NCBI GenBank assembly: GCA_001642005.1
Contig: LWCA01000149.1
Location: forward strand, 1 to 47,136
Direction: 5' to 3'
Length of the DNA: 47,136 bases
Origin: Intoshia linei
Taxonomy: Eukaryota > Animalia > Orthonectida
Position numbers and translations under genes: made by a program. Shown piece after piece: positions 1 through 12,412 of the stretch; the stretch's first letter is position 1; each line of letters begins with the position of its first letter. Under the pieces are notes generated by a model that ran no database searches, was not told the DNA's origin, and worked only from the letters and a program-made list of their open reading frames with translations.

Positions 1-94
1 TTTAAAAAATTCTAAGAGTGCTAGTTATTTCAAAAAAGTAACACACACAGACAGTCACAAACAAAAATTGCGTCGCATTTTATATAAGTTAGGA
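1..94 (-). mobile_element. 5' end of a non-autonomous Helitron-like repeat (truncated by the window edge)
   Basis: The reverse complement begins A|TCCTAACTTATATAAAATGCG, followed by a TGTC/TG microsatellite-like tract. It closely matches 41797-41896 and is related to the + copy at 6315. A 5'-TC start after A plus a proximal microsatellite resembles non-autonomous Helitrons. Confidence 0.5.
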
Positions 95-221
95 TTCTAT
101 TAAAATTTTTTTAAGAGTATGCTCATTTTTAGACGAAGGTGTGTGATGCATGATGTGGTATCTTCTTTAAATTAATATTTAACATGCAAAATAATTGCAT
201 TTTTAATTTTGTTATATTTAG

Positions 222-3200
222 AAAAGAATACATAATTCACCCTGGAAGAAGCGTAAATTATTATGAATTTGAAAGAGATTGGAGTAATGTCGGTACGATA
301 ATATTTATAATGTATACTGTATATTATTATACATTATTCTGTATAATGTTTAGATGTAAATTAAAATATAATTTAGACCAATTATCATATGTAGGGAATA
401 GAATCAGTGATGAAACCAGAAATGTGACACACCCAAAGTTGAGTAAATATATATTGAAATATTATTTTTTACATTCATCTGTCGTCAAGATTCAAAAGAT
501 TGGCAAATGTTTGTATATGCAATATGTTATCAGATATCAATAGCCAAAAAGGCTTAGGGTTAGAGTAGTGTTTCCTAACTGTTGGGACCTAGGAAACTTC
601 ACGAATCTATTAAAATTATGAAAAATTTAGATTAATTTAATGTTAATTTTGTACAAAACTTACTTGAGTGTGATGTACTTCATCAAAACAGCAGGAAGTT
701 GTGCAAGGGTAGACTTTTTAATTGGTTTTAATTTATTGAGGTTGTGATTTATGATAATACTTATGATATAAAAAACTATCCAGAATTTATGTTTTATAAA
801 ATGTTGTAATTTTTTTCATTCTAAATAAAAACGGATAATACGGGTGTTTGACCATGAAGATGTAAGTTTCTGAGGTTGAAATTTACGAAATTTACGAAAA
901 TAGTAATGATGTTACAACGCATTTCATAATTTATGCTCTTTAAAATTCTAGGACTGATTTTATGTTTTATTAAAAAAAAGTAATTAAGGTTTCAATTAGA
1001 GTCTTTTAATTTTTTAGTTATACATTAACACACTGATATCCATTTTATTTAAGTAAAGGATTCTCATGTGTCATACCTAGTATTAACAAAATCTGTAAGA
1101 ATCGCCAGGCTTAATGATATCATCATTTTGACAAAATAAATACATGTATAATAATAATAAGCTCCAGTTTCGACAGTAACAGCTTTATATTTGTAATTTA
1201 TTAGAAAATAATAGTTTTTAGTAAAAAATAGTCACTGAATTAATAATATTTCTTTTTTTAATTGTTATATGAGTACCAAAAAATTGACCGTTAGATCATT
1301 TTTTGAAGTGGAGCCTGGTATTTTTTAATAGAGAAAATGGGGCCTAATATAGAAAAGGTTGGGAAACTGTTTGGGGTTGCCATTATAGTTAATTTTAAAA
1401 AGAATTTTTTTTTCTCGAGTTATCTACTATTAATAAAATCAATACATTCTATTAATATTTTGTATTCCCTGATAATTATGAAGAAGTATTTAAAACTGTA
1501 TATCTAATTAAATGATTAAATTAATACATTAATTTAATCATCTAAAATTTAGAAAATAAAATTGAAAAGCTAAATAATACTATTTATAAAGAAACACATA
1601 ACAAGGTTAACAATGAGAGTAAGTTAAAATTTCTATTTTCGACACATTTCATTATGTAGATTGGAATAAACTTGAAAATAAAAAAGTCCGTAAAGAAATA
1701 GAATTTTTAAAAAGTAAATTAACAACAGTTACAGTTAAATAAGTTTCAAATAGGCAATAATAGAGAAAATATTATTGGAAAAACAATAAAATGGGAATAT
1801 GCTAATGCAACTTCAGAAAAAGTAGGTTATAATAAGAATGTAGTACCAAATACAATTAATGTCGAGGATGATTGTGTAATTAAAAAAGCTATTAGATCCA
1901 ATAGAGTAATTAGAAATAGCAAATGTAGTTTGACTGAAACTAATGATTATATATTATTTTCTGATACGGATATTATGAACGGTAAGCACATGACGCGAAA
2001 TAAAACAGACATAATTACAGAAATTTATTCAAATTGTTCAGTAAAAAATCAGACCATCGTAACAGCATTTACTGATATTTCGAACAATGAATGTGATTAT
2101 ATAATACCAGAAAATATTAATGTAAACAGTGAAACAAATAACACAGCCGAAAACAAAGAAATTCAACCTAAATTGCATTCGAGTCAAAGGATATCTGACA
2201 ATATTGACAAATTTTCAGATATATCTGTTAATCATTTTCCTAAAAATAAAAAAATGTGGATATCAGCTTACAAAGAAAAAACTAAAAATGATAATAGCGA
2301 CATTGTAAACAATAGAATAAAATACATTCATAAGAATCGCATTCATCCAGCGATAAGTGCGTCACTTTACAGTCGAAATTCTGATTCAGATTCACAAAAA
2401 AATAGCAACATGAGTTATGAATCTGTATCAAAGAATATGGGAGACACCGAAATTAACGTTAATAGCAATGTTGATGAGTATTACGAATCGTATATGACTA
2501 TTCCTGGTGAAAATGAAACCAATTTGCCACCTGAAAAAAATGAATATTCAAATGAATCTAGTATTGACGAAAATGTTTTATTTATATCTAATAATATAAA
2601 TCTAAACGAATCATTTATTTCTTCAGCTTCAAAATTATACGATAAACAAAATTCTGTTAAATCAATACAAGAAATTAAAGATAACAATATTTTTTCTACT
2701 CAAGACATTAATGTTTATTCTATCGCTTCTCTTAAACTAAGTAATGAGTTTGTTTCTGACGACAATTCTAATGTCATTAGTCAAAGATCCTTTGAAGTAA
2801 TCCCGGAAATACCGGATGGTTATGGCCACTTCAATCAGGAAGATTTATTATCATGCGATATTATTCCAATTGAATTTATTAACACAAAAACAACTCAAAA
2901 GATTTCAAATATACCAAATGACACTATTACAATATCTAAAGTTAAAGGTAAATACAAATCATAATTAATGGTTCATATAAAATTTATTATTATAAACGAA
3001 TCACAATTATGTTTTAATTTGCACATTAAATATCTATTATTTTGTAATATTTGTAGAAATTTTTGGAATCATAAATTAATCATTAATTCCTATAATATTG
3101 TTAATATCAAATAAAATTTATTTTTTAGATATAAATGATGTAACAGAAAATGGAAATTTTGATATTACTGCACCCATGTTCGATGTCAAAATATTGGATA

Positions 3201-6200
3201 ATGTCGAATCAATGACAAATAATATCATCCAAACTGCCATGATTGTGAACGAGTGCATAGATCGATCGGATACTCATTTGTACTTTGGTAAGATTACTAA
3301 ATTTGAAAAATCAAAATTAAAATGTGTAATAAAAATTTATAAATATTCGATACACATGTTCACATTGTTCATAATTAATTTTTATATGTGTGATTTTTAA
3401 TTTTTATCTAGATGAAATGAAATATATATGCAAATATTCCGTAAGTGAACCACCAAAATCTAGAAAATCTAGTTATACAGATATATTGGTTATCAACGAA
3501 AAGATGAATCGCCGAAAATCTACCACGTTCAACACGCGTGATTCAAAACATTCATTCATAAAGCCAGATATTATACTTAATGATGAAATAATAGAAAAAT
3601 ATTCTAGAAGTATTAGTACTAGTATAGATTCTGTTAGTTTGAACTCTAATAATTCTCAAAAATCTATTAAATCTGCAATTTCTTCAAAAGATAATTTCAA
3701 AATTTTAAACTCTAAAAATTTACAATATAAGCAAACAATGATTGATAAAAAAAAATCTTTAAAAAAAAAAAAAGATACTAATAAATGTAAAAATAAACCG
3801 AGTCACAAAAAAAATAAACAAGATTCTTCACATATTGAAAATATCTCAAAGGGAGATAAGAAATGTGTAATTAGTCCAGAATCAAAGAAAATTGAATACT
3901 GTAAAGATTTAATGAACAAATTGAATTCTGATTTAGATGATTCTAGCTACCATAAACAAATATTAACCTCAATTAATAACGACACTAGTGATAATGAAAA
4001 TAAAATAATAAATGAAGGGTGTAAATTTAAAAATAATCCAACATATAATAGATCACGTCATTCAAGCTCTGAAGATTCAAATGACAGAACGATATTATCA
4101 AGAAATATAAAAAAAGTAAATTCTCATGATATTATTTCAAGTGGACAAAATTCACTAGAAAAAAATGAAAATAGTCAAGATAAAGGAGAATACGAAAATA
4201 ACGGCATTGAAAGTAATAGAAAAATACATGATAAAGCAAGCCTTTCCAATATTAATATGAAATATTCTGATTTAAATAAAACAGAAAATTTAAATGTAAA
4301 AAATTTTAAAGAATCATCAATGAATATAAAAAGAAAATCCTTCGATAATAACGACCATCAAAAAATAAATGATGAAAACCATGATAAGGGAAAATCTAAT
4401 AATAACAACATCAAAATATGTGAAAATATAGATAAATACAATTATAATAAGTTACCTGATAATGCCATAACTCTTCTCATGAAAAAACGAAATGATATCA
4501 CACCAGAATTAGGTAATAATATAATTTGATTTGTTAGAAGCATATTTTTTAAATGTTATTAGATTATTCTCCGATTAAAGATGCACATGATTTCAAAACT
4601 AAAAAGAAATTAATGGAATGTGAAGATTTAAATAATATCTCAAATGCAGAAAAAAACGATTACGATAGATCAACTGAATATAAATTAAATACAAAGGATT
4701 CAGGAATCGAAAAAAATACAAAAGCATCTCATGAAAGTAAAGTAATTTAAAGTGCATAAAATTAAAATTTATTTTTAGATAATTACTCAGTTGATGATGA
4801 TTGTGATATAACAAACAAGGAACAATCTTATAAATTATTACAGAATGTTGATGATCAAGAGGAATTATATAGTAAACCCTCGAATGAACAAAAAAAAATA
4901 TTGTTTCATAAAAGTATTTACATTTTACTAAATTATACAATAATCACTCCTAGATACATATTTAATAAAAGATGGTGATGAAGTTAAAGAGGAACAATCA
5001 CTGGAAAAAGCAAAAAATCAAAAAAAATTTAAAAATATTGAAGATAAAAATGAAATTAATTATAATACACCAAATGAAAGTACCATTAATAGAACTGAAT
5101 TTGAAAATGAACCAAACAAACAATTGTCGCATAAAAGTATTTTTGATTAATCATGATACTATAAAATAATTATTTTAAGGCACTTATCTAATTAAATATA
5201 ATGGTGAGAAAGGTGACATGATAAATGAAAAATATGACATAAATAAAACTAATTATAATATAACCAATGACGATAATCTGCGTGTGACTGACGCCGAAAA
5301 TGAAGAAAATATCGATTTATCTCATAGGAGTAATATTATATTTTAGTATTTCTTAAATTGGGGTTCATGGATCCCTGGGATCCGTGAAATATTTTGTACT
5401 ATTTATGTATAAATCATTATTGTTTGATAATTATGATAAAAATGTAATCTTTTTTTGTTTATTTTGATTATCAAATTTGAACTTTACATGTACTTGTTTA
5501 CTTAATACACGTATTAATAATTATAATACGTATTTTTGGGCATCATGACTATTTTGTATGTCAAATTTAAATTATGAAATCCAGATCTAGATAGGTAGAT
5601 TTGGTTATATGTAGATTTGTGACGAGGGCCTACTATTTTATTTTATTTAATAGGTAATGTTGGAAATTTTAATTTCTATAATGACCAGGGGGTTACCAGC
5701 AAAATTAAAAAATGAGTTTATTTGTGTTAAGTATATCATTTCAAAATTGCCAGATATTGAAATTTTATCCCAAAGCCGAGACTACCGTTAAATTATTTTA
5801 TTAAAAATCCCACTTTTATCTCATCATTAATAAAATTTAATAAAAAATACAATTTCAAGGCATTTATGTAAAAATTTCCTTCTTCCAATGTTATAAAAGC
5901 TCTTAATCCAACCATAAAATATCACCAAAATTTTAGTAATCATGAAGGAAAAATATTTTTTTTCGAATATTTAGTTCTAAGAATTAAAAATTTATGAGAC
6001 TCACAAGTGTCATTGTATTCGGATTACATTTTACAACTTACTCAATTATATATTTAACAAAATTTGCTGGTACCAGCAAATCAATCACCCTTAATGATGA
6101 CTAAAGCGATTTCCAATTGTGATTTTTAAATGTAACACAATAAACGATAGATTAAAAAATATAGTAGGGTTGGTAATTGATAAAAATTTATAACTAAATT

Positions 6201-9200
6201 AAATTATATAAACATTATAAATTTAATTGTATCAATCTGTTTATTCTTAAATTATTATTGAATCTATTTTATTGCAATGCCTATAATACAATCATTATTT
6301 GTTTTAGGTACATATCCTAACTTATGTAAAGTTTACATTGTAAACCACTAAAATGCGTTTGTCTATCTGTGTGTTATCGTTTATTTCAATAACAAAGAGT
6401 CCTAGAATATTAAAAAACACAAATTCCATGTCAATTTTTTCTGGTGAGAAATTAAGATAAATTTCAATCTCAGATACTTACATCTTATCCTTAAAAACGA
6501 CAATTATCCTTTATTTGAAAATCAAACGAGTTCTAAAATTTTAAAAAAAGTATACACTCTGATAAAATTTAAAATTTAAATTAGAGTTTTTTAAAATCAT
6601 GAACATCCACATTAATTTAAAATTCAAAAAGGTATTACTTGAGAATCAAAAACTTAAATTATCTTTTTTAAAAAACGAAAATAGTCCTAGAATTTTAAAA
6701 AAATTACAGTTCATACAGTTATCTCTAATTAGTCACACATAAATTTTTATGTAGTATGTACATAAATTATCTCACTCAAAAATTACACTAAATTGACATT
6801 AAAATACTGTTTCAAAAAATAATGTAAATATATTGATTTTTTGGATGGGTCTCCAGTACAGGGCCGTGGACAGGAGCTAGGGACATATGACCTGTACATA
6901 CAGTCATGAGAGGCCTACTTTTTAAATTTATTGATAGGTAATGTTGGAAAATTTCTTAAGTATACCAAAATTATCATATAATGTTAACATATATCATTCT
7001 ATTAACTATTAACATTCCAATTAGTGCCGTGTAAATAGCCCAATTGGTGGAACATAGTATCATAATACCATTTTTAAATTTTACATATTTGCTTTTTTCA
7101 TTTTTATGATGACCAATGCTATTTCCAACAGTTATTTTTATTTTTTATATAATGAATGATCGATTAATCAATTCATAGAGTCCTCTTTTAAAAAATTTTT
7201 AATAGGGCCTACTGCTGGCTCTCCACGGCCCTGGTGCAGTACGGTAGGTTTATCTGTCACTTATAGTACATTTTTTTACCAAATCTTTAGTTAATTAAAT
7301 GATTTATAAATTTCTTAAGGTTCGTGAAATATTTTTGTTGGACAATATGTCCATAGATTTTTAAGTTTAAGAACCACTGTTATATACAATATACAACACT
7401 GTTATAATTATAAAATATAAGTGAAAGCGTATAATTAAACTGTAAAATTAATGTTTAGTAAATTATCCACTTGAAAGTTCTTCCGAGATATCAATGAAAC
7501 CTCACATCGAAAAAAATTTAAATGTCATAAAAAATACGACTAACATTCCAGACAAATCTAAACATTTTGCAAAATTTCAAAATACTGCAAATCGAAATAA
7601 TTCACACAAAAAATATAAAATTGGTGAAGATATACATGTTTTGAAAAGTTAGTTTTTATATACATTCAGTATGATGTTTCGTATTTGAATTTGTATTTGT
7701 AATACATATTTGTATAAGTAGTAGTGGAATCATGAAATCCGTGAATTTCAAATATTACACCAACCAAGTATTATTTTTATACTTGGATTCTCATCTCTAT
7801 CCAAAGAAATTCAATAAATGGTGTTAATATACATCTACCGTGAAATTGCATATTCACAGATATCAATTTTACGATAGTACAACTTAATTTTACGTCAGAA
7901 GAAGATCTATTAATATAGTGCATTTTGCCCTTTATTAAATTTTAATTTTTGGTGACCAGCATGTTACAATGTTACATGTATGAATTATTATATACGAGTT
8001 ACGATTTAAATATGAGTTATATAAAAATTAAAAAAATTGAATAAAATCGCAATAAAATTTTTTTTCGATCACGTAGTCAAGTAACCTGATTATAATATTT
8101 ACCACTGAAAACCAAAAAAAAATCACCACTTTTGATTTTTTATTGAACAGGATAAGATTTCTAACTTTTGTTTAAAAATTTAAATTGTAAAATCTTTTTT
8201 TAGAATCGTTAAAGAAAGAAATACCCATTAAATTTGACGAATTGGCAGATATTGATAAGAAACATATAAGAAAAGAAAGCGACACAGGAAACAAAAAACT
8301 AACGACATCAAGTAATTATCAAAAAGTATGTGACGACATTGACGAAAACTTGACTGATTTTGATATCAATGATAGATTTAAAGTTGAGAAAATTTTTGAG
8401 AAATCAAAAAATTCTATTAAAAATGAAAAAAAACCTACTGAAAACGTTATAATGAAACAAAAATGCATCATTCAATTTGATGAAAAAAAAGATGCTTATC
8501 AAAATTTAAATGAATATTATAAAACTAAAAAATCTAGAATAACTAAAATTTCCGAACGTTCAAATAGCGCTGAGAGCAATAGTCCAATAAAGTATAATTA
8601 TCGAGAAATTGATTCTGTAGAAAAATCGTCTTTATATACGGATGATGAAAACCAAACAGACATATTTTCAAATAACTATGATAAATACGTGATAACCTCA
8701 AAAAAAATATATGATGTTAACGATAAAAACGAGGTGAAAAAGGAAAATTATCATAAAAGTTCATTAGATCAGGTACAAAATGATAACCCCAATAATATTA
8801 TAACGTATGATATTGCTGATATTAAAGCTAAATACACTATAATGTCAGCAACAGATAAGGAAACTAAAAATAAACCTGATGTAATACACGAAATTGAGAG
8901 TGCGAAAGACCACAAGCATATTAAAACTGAAAAAAAGAAACCTGCTTCATTAGATAAAAAAGTAAAAAAAGAAATATCTCTAAAAACTGCACAGAACGAT
9001 AAAGACAAAAATCATTTACCTTTCAAGGTAGAATCTACTGAAAAAACATTTAATACTCAATCTGAAAAATTTGAAGTTGAATACTATTCCGATTCTTCTG
9101 ATCGAAATGATGATGAATTAAAACATTCAGATTTATTAACGGGAAATGATAATTTGAAAGATAATGATAATTGCAAAGAATTGCAGTCAAATGTAACCGA

Positions 9201-10570
9201 TAAAAAGTCTAAAATGAGAGATATAGACTTAGTGAATGAAAAAAATTATTCAGAAATTAATAAACAATATAAACCAACAGAAATAAAAATTACTACTGAT
9301 TCTAAAAAAAAGCAAAGTGCATCACGAACACTGGATAAGAAATCAAGTATTGATCATGGACGGAATCGTAGTCCTAATTATTCACTTTATTCACAAAGTA
9401 AGATACATTCTTCGTATAATCAAACAGACCCTATTTTACACAAAACTAAACCTCGAGAAAATAATTTTAATTTGAGCACTAAAGCAAATTTTGTAAAATC
9501 AGATAAAACACTTAAAAATGTATCAAATATTACATCTAATTTATTAAATAATGCAAATTTAATTAAAGATACTCTCAAAAATGAAAATTTTAAAACTAAA
9601 TTGAAGAAAGAAAATATGTTACCTTTAATTACTAGTTATGACATATATGAAGCACCACAAAATAATAATATTCAGCCGACAAGTTTAATCCCAACCTTAA
9701 AAAAACACTTTAAACGTAATAATTCCAAATTTTGTAGAGATATATACAGATTTCCTATAATAGACTCGAATTTCTTGGACTATCTAAACTTAAACTTGAA
9801 AAAAACGAATAAATTGAAAATTTCCAATCTATTCAATCCCGAAAAAATTAAATACAATTACAACTATTCTAAATCCATAAAATTTTATAATTACAAACCT
9901 TTTGTCGAAATTGAACCACTTGAAAAATATGAAAGCAACTGTGAACCTATAAATTACAACCTAAAAGCACATACGCATCAGTATCCATTAATTTCTAATT
10001 ATACCGTAAAAATTAAATCTACCCTTGAACCGAAAAATGCAGATTTTTTCAAAAACTGTTTAGATAAATCTATTGGTATATTGAATCAATTTATTTATAA
10101 TGAAAATTCTGAAAATATCAGCATTATATTACAAAAATTAAATTCTACTTTGGAAGAGATTAGGACCAGTATTAATAAAATGTCTGGGTTAAATAGAGAC
10201 GAATCAGTTATTCCAAGAATTAAAAAATTTGACTGGAAAAGACAATTACATAATACTAGATTGAAAGAAAATGATTTAAATGTATATAAATATGTTTTTA
10301 ATAATGAACAAACGACAAAGATGAATATTTAGTAATATTATGAAATATATAATTAAATAAAATTTGTACAACTTATTTAGTCCACCTCAAACTGAAATAT
10401 TCACCTCAATGACAAAAGAATATAATTATATGGAAAAACATTTAAGTGAATTAGAAAAAGCCAACCGAGTAACTTATAAGTTACTAGAACACCAGCAGAT
10501 TAATCATCATGAATTCCAAAAAAGATACTTGGCTGCTGGAAATAAACTTTTACCCAAAAAAAAATTATAA
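222..10570 (+). CDS. Giant multi-exon low-complexity (N/K/S/D/E-rich) protein of unknown function, ~1950 aa, possibly 5'-incomplete
   Basis: Phase-compatible GT-AG exons: 222-292, 377-442, 1553-1618, 1660-1713, 1754-2947, 3129-3287, 3412-4512, 4563-4736, 4779-4913, 4954-5136, 5180-5329, 7459-7647, 8204-10331, 10381-10570. These account for ORFs 184, 1930, 3098, 3390, 4553, 8242 and 10364. No domain recognised; the C-terminus looks coiled-coil-like. Confidence 0.7.
566..1368. mobile_element. Degenerate hAT-type non-autonomous element in an intron
   Basis: The left end TAGTGTTTCCTAAC and right end AAAAGGTTGGGAAACTG match the CAGTGTTTCCCAAC-type termini also seen near 15431 and 39894. No clear TSD. 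Confidence 0.4.
5686..6093. mobile_element. hAT-type MITE with 8-bp TSD
   Basis: Ends CAGGGGGTTACCAGCAAA and TTTGCTGGTACCAGC...CACCCTTA, flanked by ATAATGAC (5678-5685) and ATGATGAC (6094-6101), a 7/8 match. Confidence 0.55.
6315..6790 (+). mobile_element. Helitron-like repeat copy
   Basis: Starts A|TCCTAACTTATGTAA, followed by GTCTATCTGTGTGT and the family motif GTCCTAGAATWTTAAAAAA twice. The right boundary is approximate. Confidence 0.45.
6859..7233. mobile_element. hAT-type MITE
   Basis: 12-bp TIRs CAGGGCCGTGGA and TCCACGGCCCTG. Flanks CTCCAGTA / GTGCAGTA look like a decayed 8-bp TSD. Confidence 0.6.
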
Positions 10571-10645
10571 AAATTTAATTTAATTTTTAATAAATCTCTT
10601 TAACAAACGTATTTGTTGTATCTGTTACATTTCATGACATGTTAA

Positions 10646-10969
10646 TTACACGATGTTAACAATATCGTCTAAGCCGATTTTGTTGAAACGGCTAGCTTTT
10701 TGATTTTTAAGATGAATTTTTCTGAAAACAAACATTGCTATAATGGCAAAAATTATTAATAATATTACTACTAAAACTATTGATACAATTACGTATTTAG
10801 TTAAATGTGTTTCCATTGAAATATATTCAGTAATTACGTGATCTTTTTTATATCCTTTGTAAGTTTTACTTTTTTTGAATGTTCTAAATATAAAATGTTT
10901 TTTTAAAGATGTAGCAACGTCTAGGAAAATGATTAATTTGATAAAAAAAAACCATTCAACTAGAATCAT
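10646..10969 (-). CDS. Small single-pass membrane protein (possibly the last exon of a longer gene)
   Basis: Strong hydrophobic helix VIVSIVLVVILLIIFAIIAMFVF followed by basic RKIHLK and a short cytoplasmic tail. A candidate splice acceptor TTCCTAG lies near 10921. The start is uncertain. Confidence 0.5.
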   Translation of the reverse strand: MILVEWFFFIKLIIFLDVATSLKKHFIFRTFKKSKTYKGYKKDHVITEYISMETHLTKYVIVSIVLVVILLIIFAIIAMFVFRKIHLKNQKASRFNKIGLDDIVNIV

Positions 10970-11594
10970 TGGTTTTTGAAATTTGAGAATATTTTAGTAG
11001 ATTAAAAAAATTCATAAATAAAATTGTATTACAAACAAATACAAGTGGATCTATCAAACTATTGCAAAACATTACAATTAATATTCCATAAACAACATAT
11101 TGAAATTCTTTGTATTTATCTATGTTTACAAGGAATGTAAAAAAATCAAAAATGCATTTATCGGTAACTGATTTCGTAATCACGAAGAACTAAGTAAACG
11201 CAATTATTAATCTTTTAAAGTGAGCTAAATCATCTTTTTTTCCATAATGTTGGTTAAATTTATAATTTTTTAATATGAAAAATGGATAAATCATTGCAGT
11301 TTCCGATGAGATAGCTACAAGAGATAGATCAATTAGTAAATATACGCTACCGAAGAATGTATACAAAGTTGTCATCAATGCACAATTAATTATCATCGTA
11401 GCCAATAATTGAGCATAACTTCGGAAAAATATATTTAAAGTATTCGTTTTCTAGTTATTCGCATCCAGGTATTGATTTCTGTACAATATTATTGATTTTC
11501 TATACCATTCATATTTAGACACTCTTAGTTTCAAAGGAAATTTAGCATTAATGGTAACGGAGAAATCTAAAAGTAATAAAATAAAAATTTTCAT
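10956..11594 (-). pseudogene. Probable decayed class A GPCR fragment (TM5-TM7-like) with two in-frame TAG stops
   Basis: ATG at 11594 and ORFs 11190-11405 and 10956-11183 share one frame, broken only by TAG at 11451-11453 and 11190-11192. ILIVMFCNSLIDPLVF resembles the TM7 (N/D)PxxY region. Confidence 0.4.
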
Positions 11595-11779
11595 TTTTGA
11601 ATAATAAATATGAATATTAATGCGCAATTATAACTATAAATATATATACAATATTTACGTCTATTTAAAAAATCAAACAAACATACATTGTACACTGTAC
11701 ATGTGTATATGCGTGTGGTAAAATTTTACATTTTTTAGCATTTTATATTTGTACTGTCTATGAAGTATATACACTAGGG

Positions 11780-11986
11780 CAGGGTTTTCAACCTTTTTGT
11801 ATTCGCGACCACTTATAGACATAAAATTTTCGCGATCCAAAAATTTTCAGAATGTAAAAATATTTCTAAAACATTATTACTGTCAATAATATATTAAAAT
11901 AAAAAAATGAATAAATTTATTCATAAAATTTTCAAATTCTCACGACCCCCCTGATAAATTTCGCGACCCCTGGTTGAAAAGCACTG
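11780..11986. mobile_element. hAT/Buster MITE, 207 bp
   Basis: TIRs CAGGGTTTTCAACC and GGTTGAAAAGCACTG, with internal CGCGACCC repeats. TSD CACTAGGG / CACTAAGG has a central TA. A sister partial copy lies at ~22130-22297. Confidence 0.75.
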
Positions 11987-12039
11987 CACTAAGGTGTTAA
12001 TTTTTTTAAATCAAAAATACAGGATACTACAGGGTGAGA

Positions 12040-12370
12040 AATATACACTTGGATTTACATTTTACAAAAAAGGGTAATTTGAGGTTTTAAATTTGAAAAT
12101 TAACATAATATTGATTAATTTAAAATTTTTCATTAGAATGTGTAATTTTTATAATTCTAGGAAGGGTTTGAATTTAAAAGCAAAGGACAATTGGGTTTTT
12201 AACCTTGAAGGACTCAATTTCTGAAATTGAAATTTGCGATAAAACATTACTCTTGATAAACTGTTATAAGAATATGGAATTTGTAAAACTCGACTCCCCT
12301 TTCTTTCTGATAAACTGAAACAAATAGCAGATATACATTTTTAACCATCTTACTTTATATAATTAAGGAA
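12040..12370 (-). repeat. Helitron-like family fragment
   Basis: GGGTTTTTAACCTTGAAGGACTCAATTTCTGAAATTGAAATTTGC is the reverse complement of ~35408-35452; similar sequence occurs at ~24525-24560. Confidence 0.5.
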
Positions 12371-12412
12371 ATAAATGTATATAAATAATTTAATTTAAAA
12401 AAATATTCAAAA

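Larger units (their letters stand above)
5344..7379. mobile_element. Nested transposon cluster; outer hAT-type MITE
   Basis: Outer ends TAGTATTTCTTAAA and TTTAAGAACCACTG are imperfect inverted repeats, with subterminal GGATCCGTG/GGTTCGTG motifs. Several other elements lie between them. Confidence 0.45.

Noticed and set aside
2481-9008. Minus-strand hydrophobic ORFs (2481, 4599, 8769); likewise + ORFs 21100 and 31754
   Set aside because: Antisense to A-rich coding exons, which produces spurious Phe/Leu/Ile-rich peptides.
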